Assembly (NCBI GenBank): GCA_050298835.1
Contig: JBNKUW010000002.1
Span: 1-46,270 of the forward strand
DNA length: 46,270 nt
Source: Marivivens sp.
GTDB lineage: Bacteria > Pseudomonadota > Alphaproteobacteria > Rhodobacterales > Rhodobacteraceae
Direction: 5' to 3'
The notes under the pieces are model-generated. The model saw only the letters and a list, made by a program, of their open reading frames with translations, was not told where the DNA came from and did no database searches. This document shows positions 1-10,444 of this stretch, one piece after another. The translations under genes were made by a program, and so were the position numbers. Position 1 is the stretch's first letter. Each line of letters opens with the position of its first letter.

Positions 1-1
1 C

Positions 2-463
2 TATCGCAGCTATCGTACCGAACTGGCCCCGACATCGGGTTCGATGGGCTATGGCCTGCCGGCATCGGTATCGGCAAAATTGCACCACCCGGACCGCCCG
101 GTAGTATGCCTGGCAGGCGACGGCTGCTTTTTGATGCACGGCCAGGAATTTGCCACTGCCGTGCAATATGGCGCCAATATCATTGTTGTGGTGGTCAATA
201 ATGGCATGTTCGGCACCATCCGCATGCATCAGGAACGCAATTATCCCGCCCGCGTGTCTGGCACCCAATTGCACAACCCGGATTTCGCCGGCTATGCCCG
301 CGTCTTTGGCGGTCACGGCGAAACCGTCACCCAAACCGAGGATTTCGGCCCGGCTCTGGAACGCGCAATCACCGCCAACAAACCGGCAATCATCGAAGTG
401 CAGGTTGATCCGCAGGCCCTCACACCGGTAAAGACATTGGATGAGATACGGAATGGCAATTGA
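2..463 (+). CDS. Thiamine pyrophosphate-binding protein (acetolactate synthase large subunit-like), 5'-partial
   Basis: Frame is open from the window edge (YRSYRTELAPTSGSMGYG). TPP-binding motif GDGCFLM...VNNGMFGTIR and C-terminal PAIIEV. Confidence 0.9.
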   Translation, partial: YRSYRTELAPTSGSMGYGLPASVSAKLHHPDRPVVCLAGDGCFLMHGQEFATAVQYGANIIVVVVNNGMFGTIRMHQERNYPARVSGTQLHNPDFAGYARVFGGHGETVTQTEDFGPALERAITANKPAIIEVQVDPQALTPVKTLDEIRNGN

Positions 464-500
464 TCCTTGCTGATCTTTCATTCAGGATATAGATGATACC

Positions 501-541
501 ATCTTCTTCGGAGCTCTTATTTCTAAAGCTCCGAAGAAGAT
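501..541. terminator. Perfect 15-bp inverted repeat, probable terminator
   Basis: ATCTTCTTCGGAGCT (501-515) and AGCTCCGAAGAAGAT (527-541) with an 11-nt loop, 37 nt after the stop of the TPP gene. No strong U-tract. Confidence 0.6.
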
Positions 542-649
542 ATCCATTGAACCGTTGCAAGAACCAACATAACGGTTAATTTGACTCTTCGAAACATACA
601 ACCAGATTTAATTAATTTTTTTACTTCACATCAAAATTTACCGAGAAAC

Positions 650-2440
650 ATGCTAAAAACATTAATCAAAATTTTAAAAATTCTTGGAAGAGAAGAAAAG
701 AAGACCGCGATCCTCTTAACAATACTTATTATATTAACAGCATTTTTGGATATGCTAGGCGTAGCATCGATAATGCCGTTCATGTCCGTTTTATCGGATC
801 AATCCGCAATCCATCAAAATAAATATTTAACATACATATACCAAGCGATGAATTTTGAATCAAATCAGGATTTTTTGTTTTTTCTAGGAATATCTCTATT
901 CGCTATTATCATATTATCAATGATAATAAAAACATTGACCACATATATTCAGATAAGATTTACCACTCTTTCTGAGTACACGCTTGGCAGAAAGTTAATA
1001 ATAGGCTACCTCAACCAACCTTATGAATGGTTCCTAAACCAAAACAGTTCAAATCTAGGGAAAACGATCCTCTCTGAAGTACAACAAGCAATTGATAATA
1101 CAATCACACCCTTTATGGTTTGTATAGCTCAGGGGATGATTATTTTAGCGATCCTTAGCTTATTAATCTTTACGAATCCTATTTTAGCAGCAACAGCAGG
1201 AGGCGCTCTGGCAACTACGTACGGTATAATTTATGCCATACTCAGGCGTTTTCTCTCGCGAATTGGCAATGAGCGAGTAGTGGCAAACAAAGAAAGGTTT
1301 GAGGCAGTTTCTGAGGCTTTTGGTGGCTTTAAAGAGATAAAAATTATAGGCCATGAAGAAAATTTCATAGAAAAATTCTCCAATCCTGCAAAACGATACT
1401 CGGTTTACCAAAGCCTCTCGAAATCCTGCTCTCAGTTACCTAGATTCACCTTAGAAGCAATTGCTTTCGGAGGAATGATTATACTCGTATTAACCCTCAT
1501 TAAGTCTGGAAGTAGCCTTAGAGACACCCTACCGATATTGACCCTTTATGCGTTCGCCGGATATCGTCTTTTACCGGCGGTTCAAAATTTTTACCAAAAC
1601 CTATCCACCCTTCGATTTGGCAGTGGAACCCTCAACTCTCTATTTAAAAACTTGTCAAAACTACAGTCAAACGACATCTTTTTCCCCAAACAACCTAAAA
1701 TAAAAATTAAAGAAGGAATAAATATAGAAAATTTATCATATTCCTATCCGAACTCAAATCGTCCAGCTTTATCAAATATTACTCTAAAAATCCCTGCAAA
1801 AACTACGATCGGTTTGGTTGGCAGTACCGGAAGCGGAAAGAGTACGACTCTGGACATCATACTTGGGTTACTCCCGGCTCACGAAGGTTGTTTGAAAGTC
1901 GATGGTATCCCGATTGACAAACACAATCTTCGTGCCTGGCAACAGACTATAGGTTACGTTCCTCAGACGATTTATCTATCAGATTCAACTGTCATTGAAA
2001 ATATTGCTTTTGGCGAAACCTCTGATGAAATTGACGTGGAAGCGGCGCAAAATGCGTCCAAGATTGCAAACTTACATGACTTCGTTGTCGAACAACTTCC
2101 ACAGGGTTATAATACGAAAATTGGAGAACGTGGTCTCCGTCTGTCCGGCGGACAGCGGCAGCGTATCGGTATAGCAAGAGCCCTCTACCATAAGCCAAAG
2201 ATTCTTGTACTTGACGAAGCAACTAGCGCTCTGGACAATCTGACGGAGCGTGCCGTAATGGGAGCAATATCGGAACTGGGCAAGGAGCTTACAATTATCA
2301 TGATTGCGCACCGACTTTCTACAGTTGAAAATTGCGACCAAATCTATCTACTTGAGCGTGGGTCAATAATAGCGAGTGGGACATATAATGAACTAATTCA
2401 TTTAAGTGATAAGTTCAGAGAAATGACAAAGACTACGTAA
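650..2440 (+). CDS. ABC transporter permease/ATP-binding protein (PglK/HetA-like glycan exporter)
   Basis: N-terminal TM helices, Walker A GSTGSGKST, signature LSGGQRQR, Walker B ILVLDEAT. ATG at 650 preferred over the TTG at 581. First gene of the glycan cluster. Confidence 0.85.
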   Translation: MLKTLIKILKILGREEKKTAILLTILIILTAFLDMLGVASIMPFMSVLSDQSAIHQNKYLTYIYQAMNFESNQDFLFFLGISLFAIIILSMIIKTLTTYIQIRFTTLSEYTLGRKLIIGYLNQPYEWFLNQNSSNLGKTILSEVQQAIDNTITPFMVCIAQGMIILAILSLLIFTNPILAATAGGALATTYGIIYAILRRFLSRIGNERVVANKERFEAVSEAFGGFKEIKIIGHEENFIEKFSNPAKRYSVYQSLSKSCSQLPRFTLEAIAFGGMIILVLTLIKSGSSLRDTLPILTLYAFAGYRLLPAVQNFYQNLSTLRFGSGTLNSLFKNLSKLQSNDIFFPKQPKIKIKEGINIENLSYSYPNSNRPALSNITLKIPAKTTIGLVGSTGSGKSTTLDIILGLLPAHEGCLKVDGIPIDKHNLRAWQQTIGYVPQTIYLSDSTVIENIAFGETSDEIDVEAAQNASKIANLHDFVVEQLPQGYNTKIGERGLRLSGGQRQRIGIARALYHKPKILVLDEATSALDNLTERAVMGAISELGKELTIIMIAHRLSTVENCDQIYLLERGSIIASGTYNELIHLSDKFREMTKTT

Positions 2441-2461
2441 AAAAGTTTTATATTTTTTTAA

Positions 2462-3493
2462 ATGGACATTAACGTGAACGCTAAAAACTTAGAAAATAAA
2501 AGCTTGTTAATTACAGGTGGAACCGGATCGTTTGGACGCGCATTCGTCAAGAGAATACTCGAAATTGCCCCCAACATACGCCGACTAGTTATTTTTAGCC
2601 GAGATGAACTAAAACAATTTGAAATGAGCCAACAATTTTCACCGAATGACTATGAAGGGCTACGGTATTTTATCGGCGATGTTCGCGATGTTTCTAGACT
2701 AAAGCGTGCGTTTGAGGACATTGATATAGTAATCCATGCAGCGGCCTTAAAGCAGGTACCAGCAGCAGAATACAATCCCATGGAAGCGATCAATACAAAT
2801 ATTATTGGCGCACAGAACGTCATTGACGCAGCACTCGATACAAAGGTCAAACGAGTAATAGCTCTTTCAACAGATAAAGCTGCCGCCCCCATTAACTTGT
2901 ACGGTGCAACCAAGCTATGCTCTGACAAACTGTTCATTGCGACTAACAACATCCGCGGTCACCGGGACCTCCGCTTTTCAGTCGTACGATATGGCAATGT
3001 GATGGGTAGCCGTGGTTCTGTAATACCTTTTTTCCAGAACCACAAGCAACTCGGTTACTTACCAATTACCGACCCAGCGATGACAAGATTCAATATCAGC
3101 CTACGAGAAGGTATTGATATGGTTCTATGGGCTATCGAATCTGCGACGGGTGGTGAGATTTTTGTACCTAAAATTCCGAGCTACCGAATAACGGATGTAG
3201 CCTCGGCAATCGCACCTGGTTGTGAACAGAGGATTATCGGTATTCGCCCTGGCGAAAAAATACATGAAGAAATGATCACAGAAAGCGACAGCCTGAACAC
3301 AGTCGATTTGGGGAACTATTACGCAATACTTCCTCAAAGCGGTGAATACAGCATTGAAGACTACTGTAAAACCCATCACGCAACTCCTGTTCCTAAAGGT
3401 TTCTCATATAATAGCGGGACAAACCCGGATTTTCTAAGTGTAGAACAGTTAGAGAATTTAATTTCCCAAACACTTGCAAATTACGTGAGTTGA
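2462..3493 (+). CDS. pseB: UDP-N-acetylglucosamine 4,6-dehydratase (inverting)
   Basis: ITGGTGSFG, SRDELKQ, HAAALKQVPAAEYNP, STDKA, YGATK, RYGNVMGSRGSVIP. Confidence 0.95.
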   Translation: MDINVNAKNLENKSLLITGGTGSFGRAFVKRILEIAPNIRRLVIFSRDELKQFEMSQQFSPNDYEGLRYFIGDVRDVSRLKRAFEDIDIVIHAAALKQVPAAEYNPMEAINTNIIGAQNVIDAALDTKVKRVIALSTDKAAAPINLYGATKLCSDKLFIATNNIRGHRDLRFSVVRYGNVMGSRGSVIPFFQNHKQLGYLPITDPAMTRFNISLREGIDMVLWAIESATGGEIFVPKIPSYRITDVASAIAPGCEQRIIGIRPGEKIHEEMITESDSLNTVDLGNYYAILPQSGEYSIEDYCKTHHATPVPKGFSYNSGTNPDFLSVEQLENLISQTLANYVS

Positions 3494-4647
3494 AGCACAT
3501 GATTCCGTACGGACGTCAGGAAATTAAACAACAGGATATAGATAGCGTTATCGAGGTTCTTCAGTCAGACTTTTTAACGCAGGGACCGGTAGTACCAGAG
3601 TTTGAAAAAAGATTATCTAAATATTGCAATGTCAAACATGTACTTGCCGTCAACAGTGCAACCAGTGCATTGCATCTTTCTTGTCTAGCCCTAGATTTAG
3701 GGCCAGGAGATATGTTGTGGACATCCCCAATTTCATTTGTTGCCTCGTCCAATTGTGCATTATATTGCAGTGCTAAAGTTGATTTTGTGGATATTGACGA
3801 AAACACTTTTAATATTTCCACAACAAAACTAGAAGAAAAGCTGGAGTTGGCTAAACTAACCAGTAGCCTACCTAAAGTTTTAGTCGTTGTTCACATGGCA
3901 GGACAGCCCTGTGATATGAGAAAAATTCGCGCTCTATCGCAACAATTTGAATTTTCAATTATAGAGGATGCTTCTCACGCTATTGGAGCAAAATATCAAA
4001 ATAACCCGGTAGGGCAATGTAACTACTCAGACATTACGGTATTCAGCTTTCATCCAGTGAAAATTATTACAACAGGTGAAGGTGGCGCAATAACTACCAA
4101 CTCATCCAAAATCGCTGAAAAAATCGAATTATTAAGATCTCATGGCATAACCCGTAATCCTGAATTAATGACACAAGAACCAGATGGCCAATGGTACTAT
4201 CAACAGATAGAACTTGGCTTTAATTATAGAATGACAGATATTCATGCTGCTTTAGGACTTAGTCAGTTAGAGAGACTAGACGAATACACAGCAAAACGAA
4301 ATATCATCTCTAACACATACAAGAGCCGGTTAGATAGGAAAAAATTCTTACATCAAACAAATCAAGAAAATACATTTAGCTCTTATCATTTATATATATT
4401 AAAAATGAAAAGCAAAATTCAAAGAGACGCATTGTTTAAAAAAATGCGCGATGCTGACATCGGCGTTAACATTCACTATATCCCGATTCATCTACAACCT
4501 TATTATAAAAACCTTGGCTTTTTCGAAGGACAATTCCCAAACGCAGAAGAATATTACTCGAAAGCTATTAGCATACCTATATTCCCAACGATGACGGCAG
4601 AACAAACCGATTACGTTATAGATTCATTAGAAAAAAACACGCAATGA
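3490..4647 (+). CDS. pseC: UDP-4-amino-4,6-dideoxy-N-acetyl-beta-L-altrosamine transaminase
   Basis: MIPYGRQ...SDFLTQGP, NSATSALH, EDASHA, SFHPVKIITTGEGG (PLP lysine). Alternative ATG at 3499. Confidence 0.93.
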   Translation: MKHMIPYGRQEIKQQDIDSVIEVLQSDFLTQGPVVPEFEKRLSKYCNVKHVLAVNSATSALHLSCLALDLGPGDMLWTSPISFVASSNCALYCSAKVDFVDIDENTFNISTTKLEEKLELAKLTSSLPKVLVVVHMAGQPCDMRKIRALSQQFEFSIIEDASHAIGAKYQNNPVGQCNYSDITVFSFHPVKIITTGEGGAITTNSSKIAEKIELLRSHGITRNPELMTQEPDGQWYYQQIELGFNYRMTDIHAALGLSQLERLDEYTAKRNIISNTYKSRLDRKKFLHQTNQENTFSSYHLYILKMKSKIQRDALFKKMRDADIGVNIHYIPIHLQPYYKNLGFFEGQFPNAEEYYSKAISIPIFPTMTAEQTDYVIDSLEKNTQ

Positions 4648-5339
4648 ACATAGCAATCATTCCTGCAAGAGGCGGCAGCAAAAGAATACCTCACAAGAAC
4701 ATTAAAATCTTTCGCGGCCAACCAATAATATCTCGTGCAATTGAAACAGCGAAAAGATCCAAGATATTTTCAGAAATAATCGTATCTACAGATGATCAAA
4801 AGATATCAGAAATCGCATCAAAATCAGGGGCCATCGTACCTTTTCTCCGAAACACATCTCTGGCAGATGATTACACCCCGACTTTACCGGTTATTCAAGA
4901 TGTCATAGAGCGCTATATTAAACACAAAAATATCAATCCCAACATTTGTTGCATATACCCAACAACACCGCTAATGAAAGAAGAATATTTAGCAGAAGGA
5001 AGGCGAAAATTAGAAAGTCATAAAGACAGTTTCGTTTTCTCGGTAACCGAATATCAATACCCTATTCAACGTGCACTAGTCCAAACACCGTTCACAACTA
5101 TGAAATTAAGAGAGCCACATTATGCTGAGACGCGTTCTCAAGATTTAGAACAAACTTATCATGATGCTGGACAGTTTTACTGGGCAACGATGAAAACCTG
5201 GCTAACATCTTCAAATATAATTGGACAAAACTCAGTAGGCGTTGTCATACCGCGGATCCTTGCTCAGGATATAGACACAGCTGAAGACTGGCAACTTTCA
5301 GAGTTTTTATTTGATTATTTGAATAAAAAGGATAATTAA
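4644..5339 (+). CDS. pseF: Pseudaminic acid cytidylyltransferase
   Basis: IAIIPARGGSKRIPHKNIK, RSQDL, HDAGQFYW, DIDT. ATGA overlap with pseC. Confidence 0.92.
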   Translation: MNIAIIPARGGSKRIPHKNIKIFRGQPIISRAIETAKRSKIFSEIIVSTDDQKISEIASKSGAIVPFLRNTSLADDYTPTLPVIQDVIERYIKHKNINPNICCIYPTTPLMKEEYLAEGRRKLESHKDSFVFSVTEYQYPIQRALVQTPFTTMKLREPHYAETRSQDLEQTYHDAGQFYWATMKTWLTSSNIIGQNSVGVVIPRILAQDIDTAEDWQLSEFLFDYLNKKDN

Positions 5340-5340
5340 A

Positions 5341-6492
5341 ATGATCACATATTGTAAAAAATGCGTCATGCCAGACACTAAACCAGATCTCTTCATAGAC
5401 GAAGAAGGTGTATGCAACGCTTGTCGAAACTATGAGAAACGGAAATCTGTAAACTGGGAAAATCGTCTAGATGAGTTAAAAGAAATACTTGAAAAATATA
5501 AAGTAAAAGATCAATCAAATTGGGATTGCATCGTACCAGTAAGCGGTGGAAAAGATAGTACATTCCAAGTCATTAAAATTTTACAATTAGGATTAAACCC
5601 GCTTTGTGTCACATCGACAACTTGCGATTTATCCGAGATCGGCCGAAAAAATATCCAAAATATTAAATCACTAGGTGTTGACTATATAGAGGTATCACCT
5701 AACCCGATAGTACGTAGAAAATTAAACCGCATCGGCCTCACCGAAGTAGGTGATATCGCCTGGCCTGAACACGTCGGTATATTCACTGTGCCAGTAAGAT
5801 CAGCCGTCCAATTCAACGTTCCGCTGATTATCTGGGGAGAAAATCCTCAAAATGAATATGGTGGCCCAGCAGCCTCTGGCGAAAACAGTACGCTTAATCG
5901 ACGTTGGTTGGAAGAATTTGGCGGCCTACTTGGCCTCCGTGTTAGCGATTTACCAGAATTTTCAGGAATTAAGAAAAAACACCTCATCAACTATCAGTAT
6001 CCGACCGATGAAGAACTAAAACGCGTCGGCGTAACCGGCCTCTTTCTTGGCCATTATATTCCGTGGGACGGAATGACAAATACGCTTTTGGCTCAGGCCA
6101 ATGGATTTACAACTCCGCCAAACCCTGTTGAAGGATCATTTGTTAACTACGAAAACCTGGATAACCATCAACATGGTATACATGATTACTTTAAGTTTTT
6201 AAAATTCGGCTTTGGAAGAGCTAGCGACCAAGTCTCGCTTCACATTCGCCGAAACCGACTTACTCGTGAGGACGGAATGGCAGCAGTCCAGAAAATGGAA
6301 GGAAAATTTCCCTGGAGTTATTTAGGAAAACCTCTTGAAGAAATACTTTCCCCATTGAATATGACAGTAGAAGAGTTTCAAGTTGTTTGCGACAAATTTA
6401 CAAACAAAAAAATCTTCAGGCGTGACAACTCTGGGAAGCTTATAAAAGACCGTTTTGGAAACCTGCAAAAAATCAATAGTGATAACATATGA
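5341..6492 (+). CDS. N-acetyl sugar amidotransferase (PseA/WbuX family)
   Basis: CxxC...CxxC N-terminus, PP-loop VSGGKDS, WGEN, HDYFKFLKFGFGRA. Confidence 0.88.
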   Translation: MITYCKKCVMPDTKPDLFIDEEGVCNACRNYEKRKSVNWENRLDELKEILEKYKVKDQSNWDCIVPVSGGKDSTFQVIKILQLGLNPLCVTSTTCDLSEIGRKNIQNIKSLGVDYIEVSPNPIVRRKLNRIGLTEVGDIAWPEHVGIFTVPVRSAVQFNVPLIIWGENPQNEYGGPAASGENSTLNRRWLEEFGGLLGLRVSDLPEFSGIKKKHLINYQYPTDEELKRVGVTGLFLGHYIPWDGMTNTLLAQANGFTTPPNPVEGSFVNYENLDNHQHGIHDYFKFLKFGFGRASDQVSLHIRRNRLTREDGMAAVQKMEGKFPWSYLGKPLEEILSPLNMTVEEFQVVCDKFTNKKIFRRDNSGKLIKDRFGNLQKINSDNI

Positions 6493-7136
6493 CAACAACC
6501 ATTATAGATTATGGCGTCGGAAATATTGGGTCTCTGTCTGGCGCTTTAGAAAAAATAGATGAAAGCTATTGTGTAGCGGTCTCTCCAAGTGAGTTATCTA
6601 ATGCTCATAGGATTTTGCTACCTGGAGTCGGAAACTTCAAGGAATGCAAACAAAAGCTAGATAATGATGGCTGGACTCACGAAATCACTTCCCACGTAAT
6701 GAAACATCAGAGACCAATACTTGGGATTTGTTTGGGAATGCAATTACTTGCAACTGCGAGTGAAGAGACAGATAGCGCAGCATCACAATTAAACGATAAA
6801 GAATTAACAAGTGGTTTTGATTTTATATCCGGTACAATCCGCCATTTAAAGAACATCGGCTGCACTTACCGAGTTCCTCACATAGGTTGGAATTCAATTG
6901 AAATTTCAGCACACACCAGTAAATCCTTACAAGGTATTCCTCCGGAAACAGATTTCTATTTTGTTCATAGTTATGCATTTTGTCCGAGAGATATCACAAA
7001 CATTGTGGCTACAACCAATTACGATATAAACGTTGCCGCCGTTATTGAGAAAGACAACATCTGGGGCACCCAATTTCATCCCGAAAAAAGCTCACAAGCC
7101 GGACTAGAAATTTTAAAAAACTTTTCGAAGACATAA
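6489..7136 (+). CDS. hisH: Glutamine amidotransferase, HisH paralogue (WbuY-type)
   Basis: IDYGVGN, LPGVG, GICLGMQ, VPHIGWN, YFVHSY, QFHPEKS. Lies in a glycan cluster, not a his operon. Confidence 0.9.
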   Translation: MTTTIIDYGVGNIGSLSGALEKIDESYCVAVSPSELSNAHRILLPGVGNFKECKQKLDNDGWTHEITSHVMKHQRPILGICLGMQLLATASEETDSAASQLNDKELTSGFDFISGTIRHLKNIGCTYRVPHIGWNSIEISAHTSKSLQGIPPETDFYFVHSYAFCPRDITNIVATTNYDINVAAVIEKDNIWGTQFHPEKSSQAGLEILKNFSKT

Positions 7137-7137
7137 A

Positions 7138-7917
7138 ATGCTAAAAACAAGAATAATTCCCACTCTGCTATGGAAAAATGTCGGGCTTGTAAAAGGAGTA
7201 TCTTTTGACAGTTGGCGACGTGTCGGACCAGTTTTACCCGCAGTTAAAGTATACAATAGACGGGATGTTGATGAATTAATTCTAGTAGACATAACTGCAA
7301 CACAGGATCAAAACTTACCAGACTTTGAATCTATCGAAGACTTTGCACACGACTGCTTTGTACCCTTTACTGTTGGCGGTGGTATAAGAAATCATGAAGA
7401 TGTCCAACACCTTTTGCGAGCTGGCGCAGACAAAGTTTCAATTAATTCAGCCGCATATGACAATCCGAAACTGATAAGCCGTATTGCTTCGAAACATGGC
7501 GTTCAATGTGTAGTATCGAGCATTGATGTACGGAATGAAGACAAGTCGTGGCAATGCTATAGTCATTCGGGTACTGTCAGGACAGGAAGGTCTGTTATCG
7601 AATGGGCTAAAGAGCTAGAAGCACTAGGTGCCGGCGAGATTCTTTTGACTTCCATTGACAGAGACGGAACTATGGTTGGCTATGACCTTGCCTTAATTGA
7701 AGCAGTCGCTGCGGCCGTAAATATCCCAGTAATTGCATCAGGTGGCGCAGGAAACTATCAGCACATGATAGAAGCGATTCTTCAGGCTGGTGCGTCAGCT
7801 GTGGCAGCGGCGAGCATCTTTCATTTTACCGAACAAACTCCTGCGGGAGCAAAAAAAGCTCTTGAAGCTGCAGGCATAAATACGCGTTCCCCATTCAAGT
7901 CAAATTCTGACATTTAA
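7138..7917 (+). CDS. hisF: HisF-like cyclase paralogue (WbuZ/AglZ-type)
   Basis: RIIPTLL, PFTVGGGI, GADKVSINS, GAGEILLTSIDRDGTMVGYD, PVIASGGAG. Confidence 0.9.
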   Translation: MLKTRIIPTLLWKNVGLVKGVSFDSWRRVGPVLPAVKVYNRRDVDELILVDITATQDQNLPDFESIEDFAHDCFVPFTVGGGIRNHEDVQHLLRAGADKVSINSAAYDNPKLISRIASKHGVQCVVSSIDVRNEDKSWQCYSHSGTVRTGRSVIEWAKELEALGAGEILLTSIDRDGTMVGYDLALIEAVAAAVNIPVIASGGAGNYQHMIEAILQAGASAVAAASIFHFTEQTPAGAKKALEAAGINTRSPFKSNSDI

Positions 7918-7919
7918 AA

Positions 7920-9404
7920 ATGAACATATTAATTAGAACGGATTGTTCTCCTCAGGCAGGTTACGGTCATTTTATGCGTTGTCTAACGTTAGCAGACCAA
8001 ATTTCAAAAGATGGCGCGAAAATAGAATTCCTCATCGAGAATAATTCAAAAAAGTTCATCCCAGAAAAAATCGAAGCACATGGCCACAGATACAGATATG
8101 TAGACGAAAAATCTCCTACTGAAGACACAATAGCCAAAATAAAGAAAATTTCCGGAGACTCTGAAATCAATTGGTTTATATTAGATCATTATGAAATAAA
8201 CAGCCATCTAGAGAAGCTTGCCCACCAATACTGCAAAAATATATTAACCTTAGACGATGCACCAAAACGAAAATATTTTTCCTCGGTACTTCTGGATCAA
8301 AATGCAGGTAGAACCTACGATGACTATGTTGACCGCATAGGAGAAAATTGCACACTATTAATTGGCCCCACGTACGCTCTAATTCGTGACGAATTCAGAA
8401 AAAAAATAAATATAAAAAACATTCCAACTTCTAAAATAAAAATTTCAATCTCGCTGGGCGGAGGAAATTTCCCCGTTATAGTCGAAAAATTGTTAAAACA
8501 ATTATGTTTTTTTAGCAATAACACAAAAATTGAGATCCATTTAATCACCCCCGAACGCTTTGAAAAGATAAGAAAAACCGATACAGTATTAAATCACAAA
8601 AATATATCATTTTTCACACATGTAAACCCCCCAAGCATGGCGTTATTATATAGACATAGTGACATACTTATTGGCGCCGGCGGAATCTCCGCCCTAGAAA
8701 GATGCATAACAGGCACACCTAGCATCACTCTGATTATTGCAGATAATCAAAGGGACGGAAGCAAATACCTTCATAAAAAAAAGGCAACCATTGCGATTGA
8801 TACAATTAAGTCTGAAGACTGGGAGAAAGATCTTTACAAAGCAATAAACGAATTATCGAGTCGATACTGCAGGCTACAGATGTCAAAAGCTGCTAAAGAA
8901 ATTTGTGATGGGCACGGTGCATCAAGAGTAGCAAACGCACTTATAAGAGAGTCAATAGACTGTCGCTTTGCATCTGAATCCGATGCAGAGAACATCTGGA
9001 AGTGGCGATATAACGAAAAAAACCATCAATTTTATATAAAATCACAAGTTCCTGATTTCTCGTCACATTTACACTGGATACGTCAAAAATTAAAATATCC
9101 CAACACAGACCTCTTAATTATAAAATCTGGAAAAATCGACATTGCACACACTCGGTTAGACTATGATGTAAAAAATCCCAAAGCAGCCGAAGTGAGTATC
9201 TGCATGAATCCAAGGTTCAAGGGACGAGGATTGTCATTATCGGCACTTAACAGTACAATCAACTTCGCACGCTCGAAAGAATGTAAAATACTATTAGCTA
9301 CGATTCATCAAGACAATCACGCGTCACTAAAAACATTTCAATCTGCTAATTTTTTTGAAACCAGTCGACTAGAAACATACATATTTATGAGATTAGAAAC
9401 ATGA
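7920..9404 (+). CDS. pseG: Bifunctional PseG hydrolase / PseH-like GNAT acetyltransferase fusion
   Basis: N-terminal IRTD...GYGHFMRCLTLA, LIGPTYALIR, GAGG, IADNQ, DGHGASRV, then about 150 aa of GNAT-like sequence (RFASESDAENIWKWR, GRGL, NHASLKTF). Confidence 0.85.
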   Translation: MNILIRTDCSPQAGYGHFMRCLTLADQISKDGAKIEFLIENNSKKFIPEKIEAHGHRYRYVDEKSPTEDTIAKIKKISGDSEINWFILDHYEINSHLEKLAHQYCKNILTLDDAPKRKYFSSVLLDQNAGRTYDDYVDRIGENCTLLIGPTYALIRDEFRKKINIKNIPTSKIKISISLGGGNFPVIVEKLLKQLCFFSNNTKIEIHLITPERFEKIRKTDTVLNHKNISFFTHVNPPSMALLYRHSDILIGAGGISALERCITGTPSITLIIADNQRDGSKYLHKKKATIAIDTIKSEDWEKDLYKAINELSSRYCRLQMSKAAKEICDGHGASRVANALIRESIDCRFASESDAENIWKWRYNEKNHQFYIKSQVPDFSSHLHWIRQKLKYPNTDLLIIKSGKIDIAHTRLDYDVKNPKAAEVSICMNPRFKGRGLSLSALNSTINFARSKECKILLATIHQDNHASLKTFQSANFFETSRLETYIFMRLET

Positions 9405-10444
9405 TAATAAAAGATAGAAAGATAGGCAAAACACACAAACCCTATTTCATAGCAGAAATATCAGCTAACCATAATGGTAGCATTAAAAATGCGATGAATT
9501 TAATTGAAATAGCGAAGTCTTGTGGTGCAGATGCCGTAAAAATGCAAACCTACACTCCAGATACGATTACCTTAAATTCTGAGAAAAGCGACTTTAAAAT
9601 CCTGGATGGAATTTGGAGCGGTAGGACTTTATACGACTTATATGCAGAGGCATATACGCCTTGGGAATGGCATGAACCGTTGTTCAACCACGCGAAGAAA
9701 CTGGGAATTACAATTTTTTCCTCCCCCTTCGACTCTACAGCAATTGATCTCTTAGAATCACTTGATACACCCGCTTATAAAATAGCATCTTTCGAAGCCA
9801 TTGACCTACCTCTTATACGTTATGCTGCGTCAACCGGAAAGCCACTAATAATTTCAACAGGAATGGCTGATGCTATTGAAATTCAGGAGGCCGTGGACAC
9901 AGCTCGAGATGCCGGATGTAAAGAATTAGCAGTATTGCATTGTGTTAGTGGATATCCTGCACCTGCGGCAGATTATAATCTTAGAACACTACCTGATATG
10001 CGTCAGCGCTTTAACTGTGAGACAGGACTGTCAGATCATACGTTATCAGATGTTACTGCAATCAGTAGTATTGCATTGGGAGCAAGTATTATCGAAAAAC
10101 ATTTCACTCTGAGCCGTTCAAACGGAGGCCCTGATGCATCATTTTCACTGGAACCGCAAGAACTTGAACTTCTCATAAAAAATGTCAATGAAGCTTGGGA
10201 AAGCTTAGGTGAAGTTAATTATGGCCGAAAGAGTAGTGAACTAGGAAATGTTAAATTTCGCCGTTCTTTGTATTTTGTACGTGATAAAAAAAAGGGAGAC
10301 GTTGTGACAGAAAGTGACATACGCAGCATTAGACCGGGTTACGGATTGCCTCCAAAAGAAAAAGATTCCGTGATTGGATCAACAATAAAGGAAGATGTCG
10401 AACGCGGAACACCAGTTAACAAACAAAATGTCATAATAAAATGA
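9401..10444 (+). CDS. pseI: Pseudaminic acid synthase
   Basis: IAEISANHNG, KMQTYTPDT, YKIASFE, HCVSGYP, GLSDHT, IEKHFTL, C-terminal SAF domain RRSLY...IRPGYGL. Confidence 0.95.
   Translation: MIIKDRKIGKTHKPYFIAEISANHNGSIKNAMNLIEIAKSCGADAVKMQTYTPDTITLNSEKSDFKILDGIWSGRTLYDLYAEAYTPWEWHEPLFNHAKKLGITIFSSPFDSTAIDLLESLDTPAYKIASFEAIDLPLIRYAASTGKPLIISTGMADAIEIQEAVDTARDAGCKELAVLHCVSGYPAPAADYNLRTLPDMRQRFNCETGLSDHTLSDVTAISSIALGASIIEKHFTLSRSNGGPDASFSLEPQELELLIKNVNEAWESLGEVNYGRKSSELGNVKFRRSLYFVRDKKKGDVVTESDIRSIRPGYGLPPKEKDSVIGSTIKEDVERGTPVNKQNVIIK

Noticed and set aside
6489-7917. Histidine biosynthesis operon
   Set aside because: No other his genes are present; the context shows glycan-modification paralogues.
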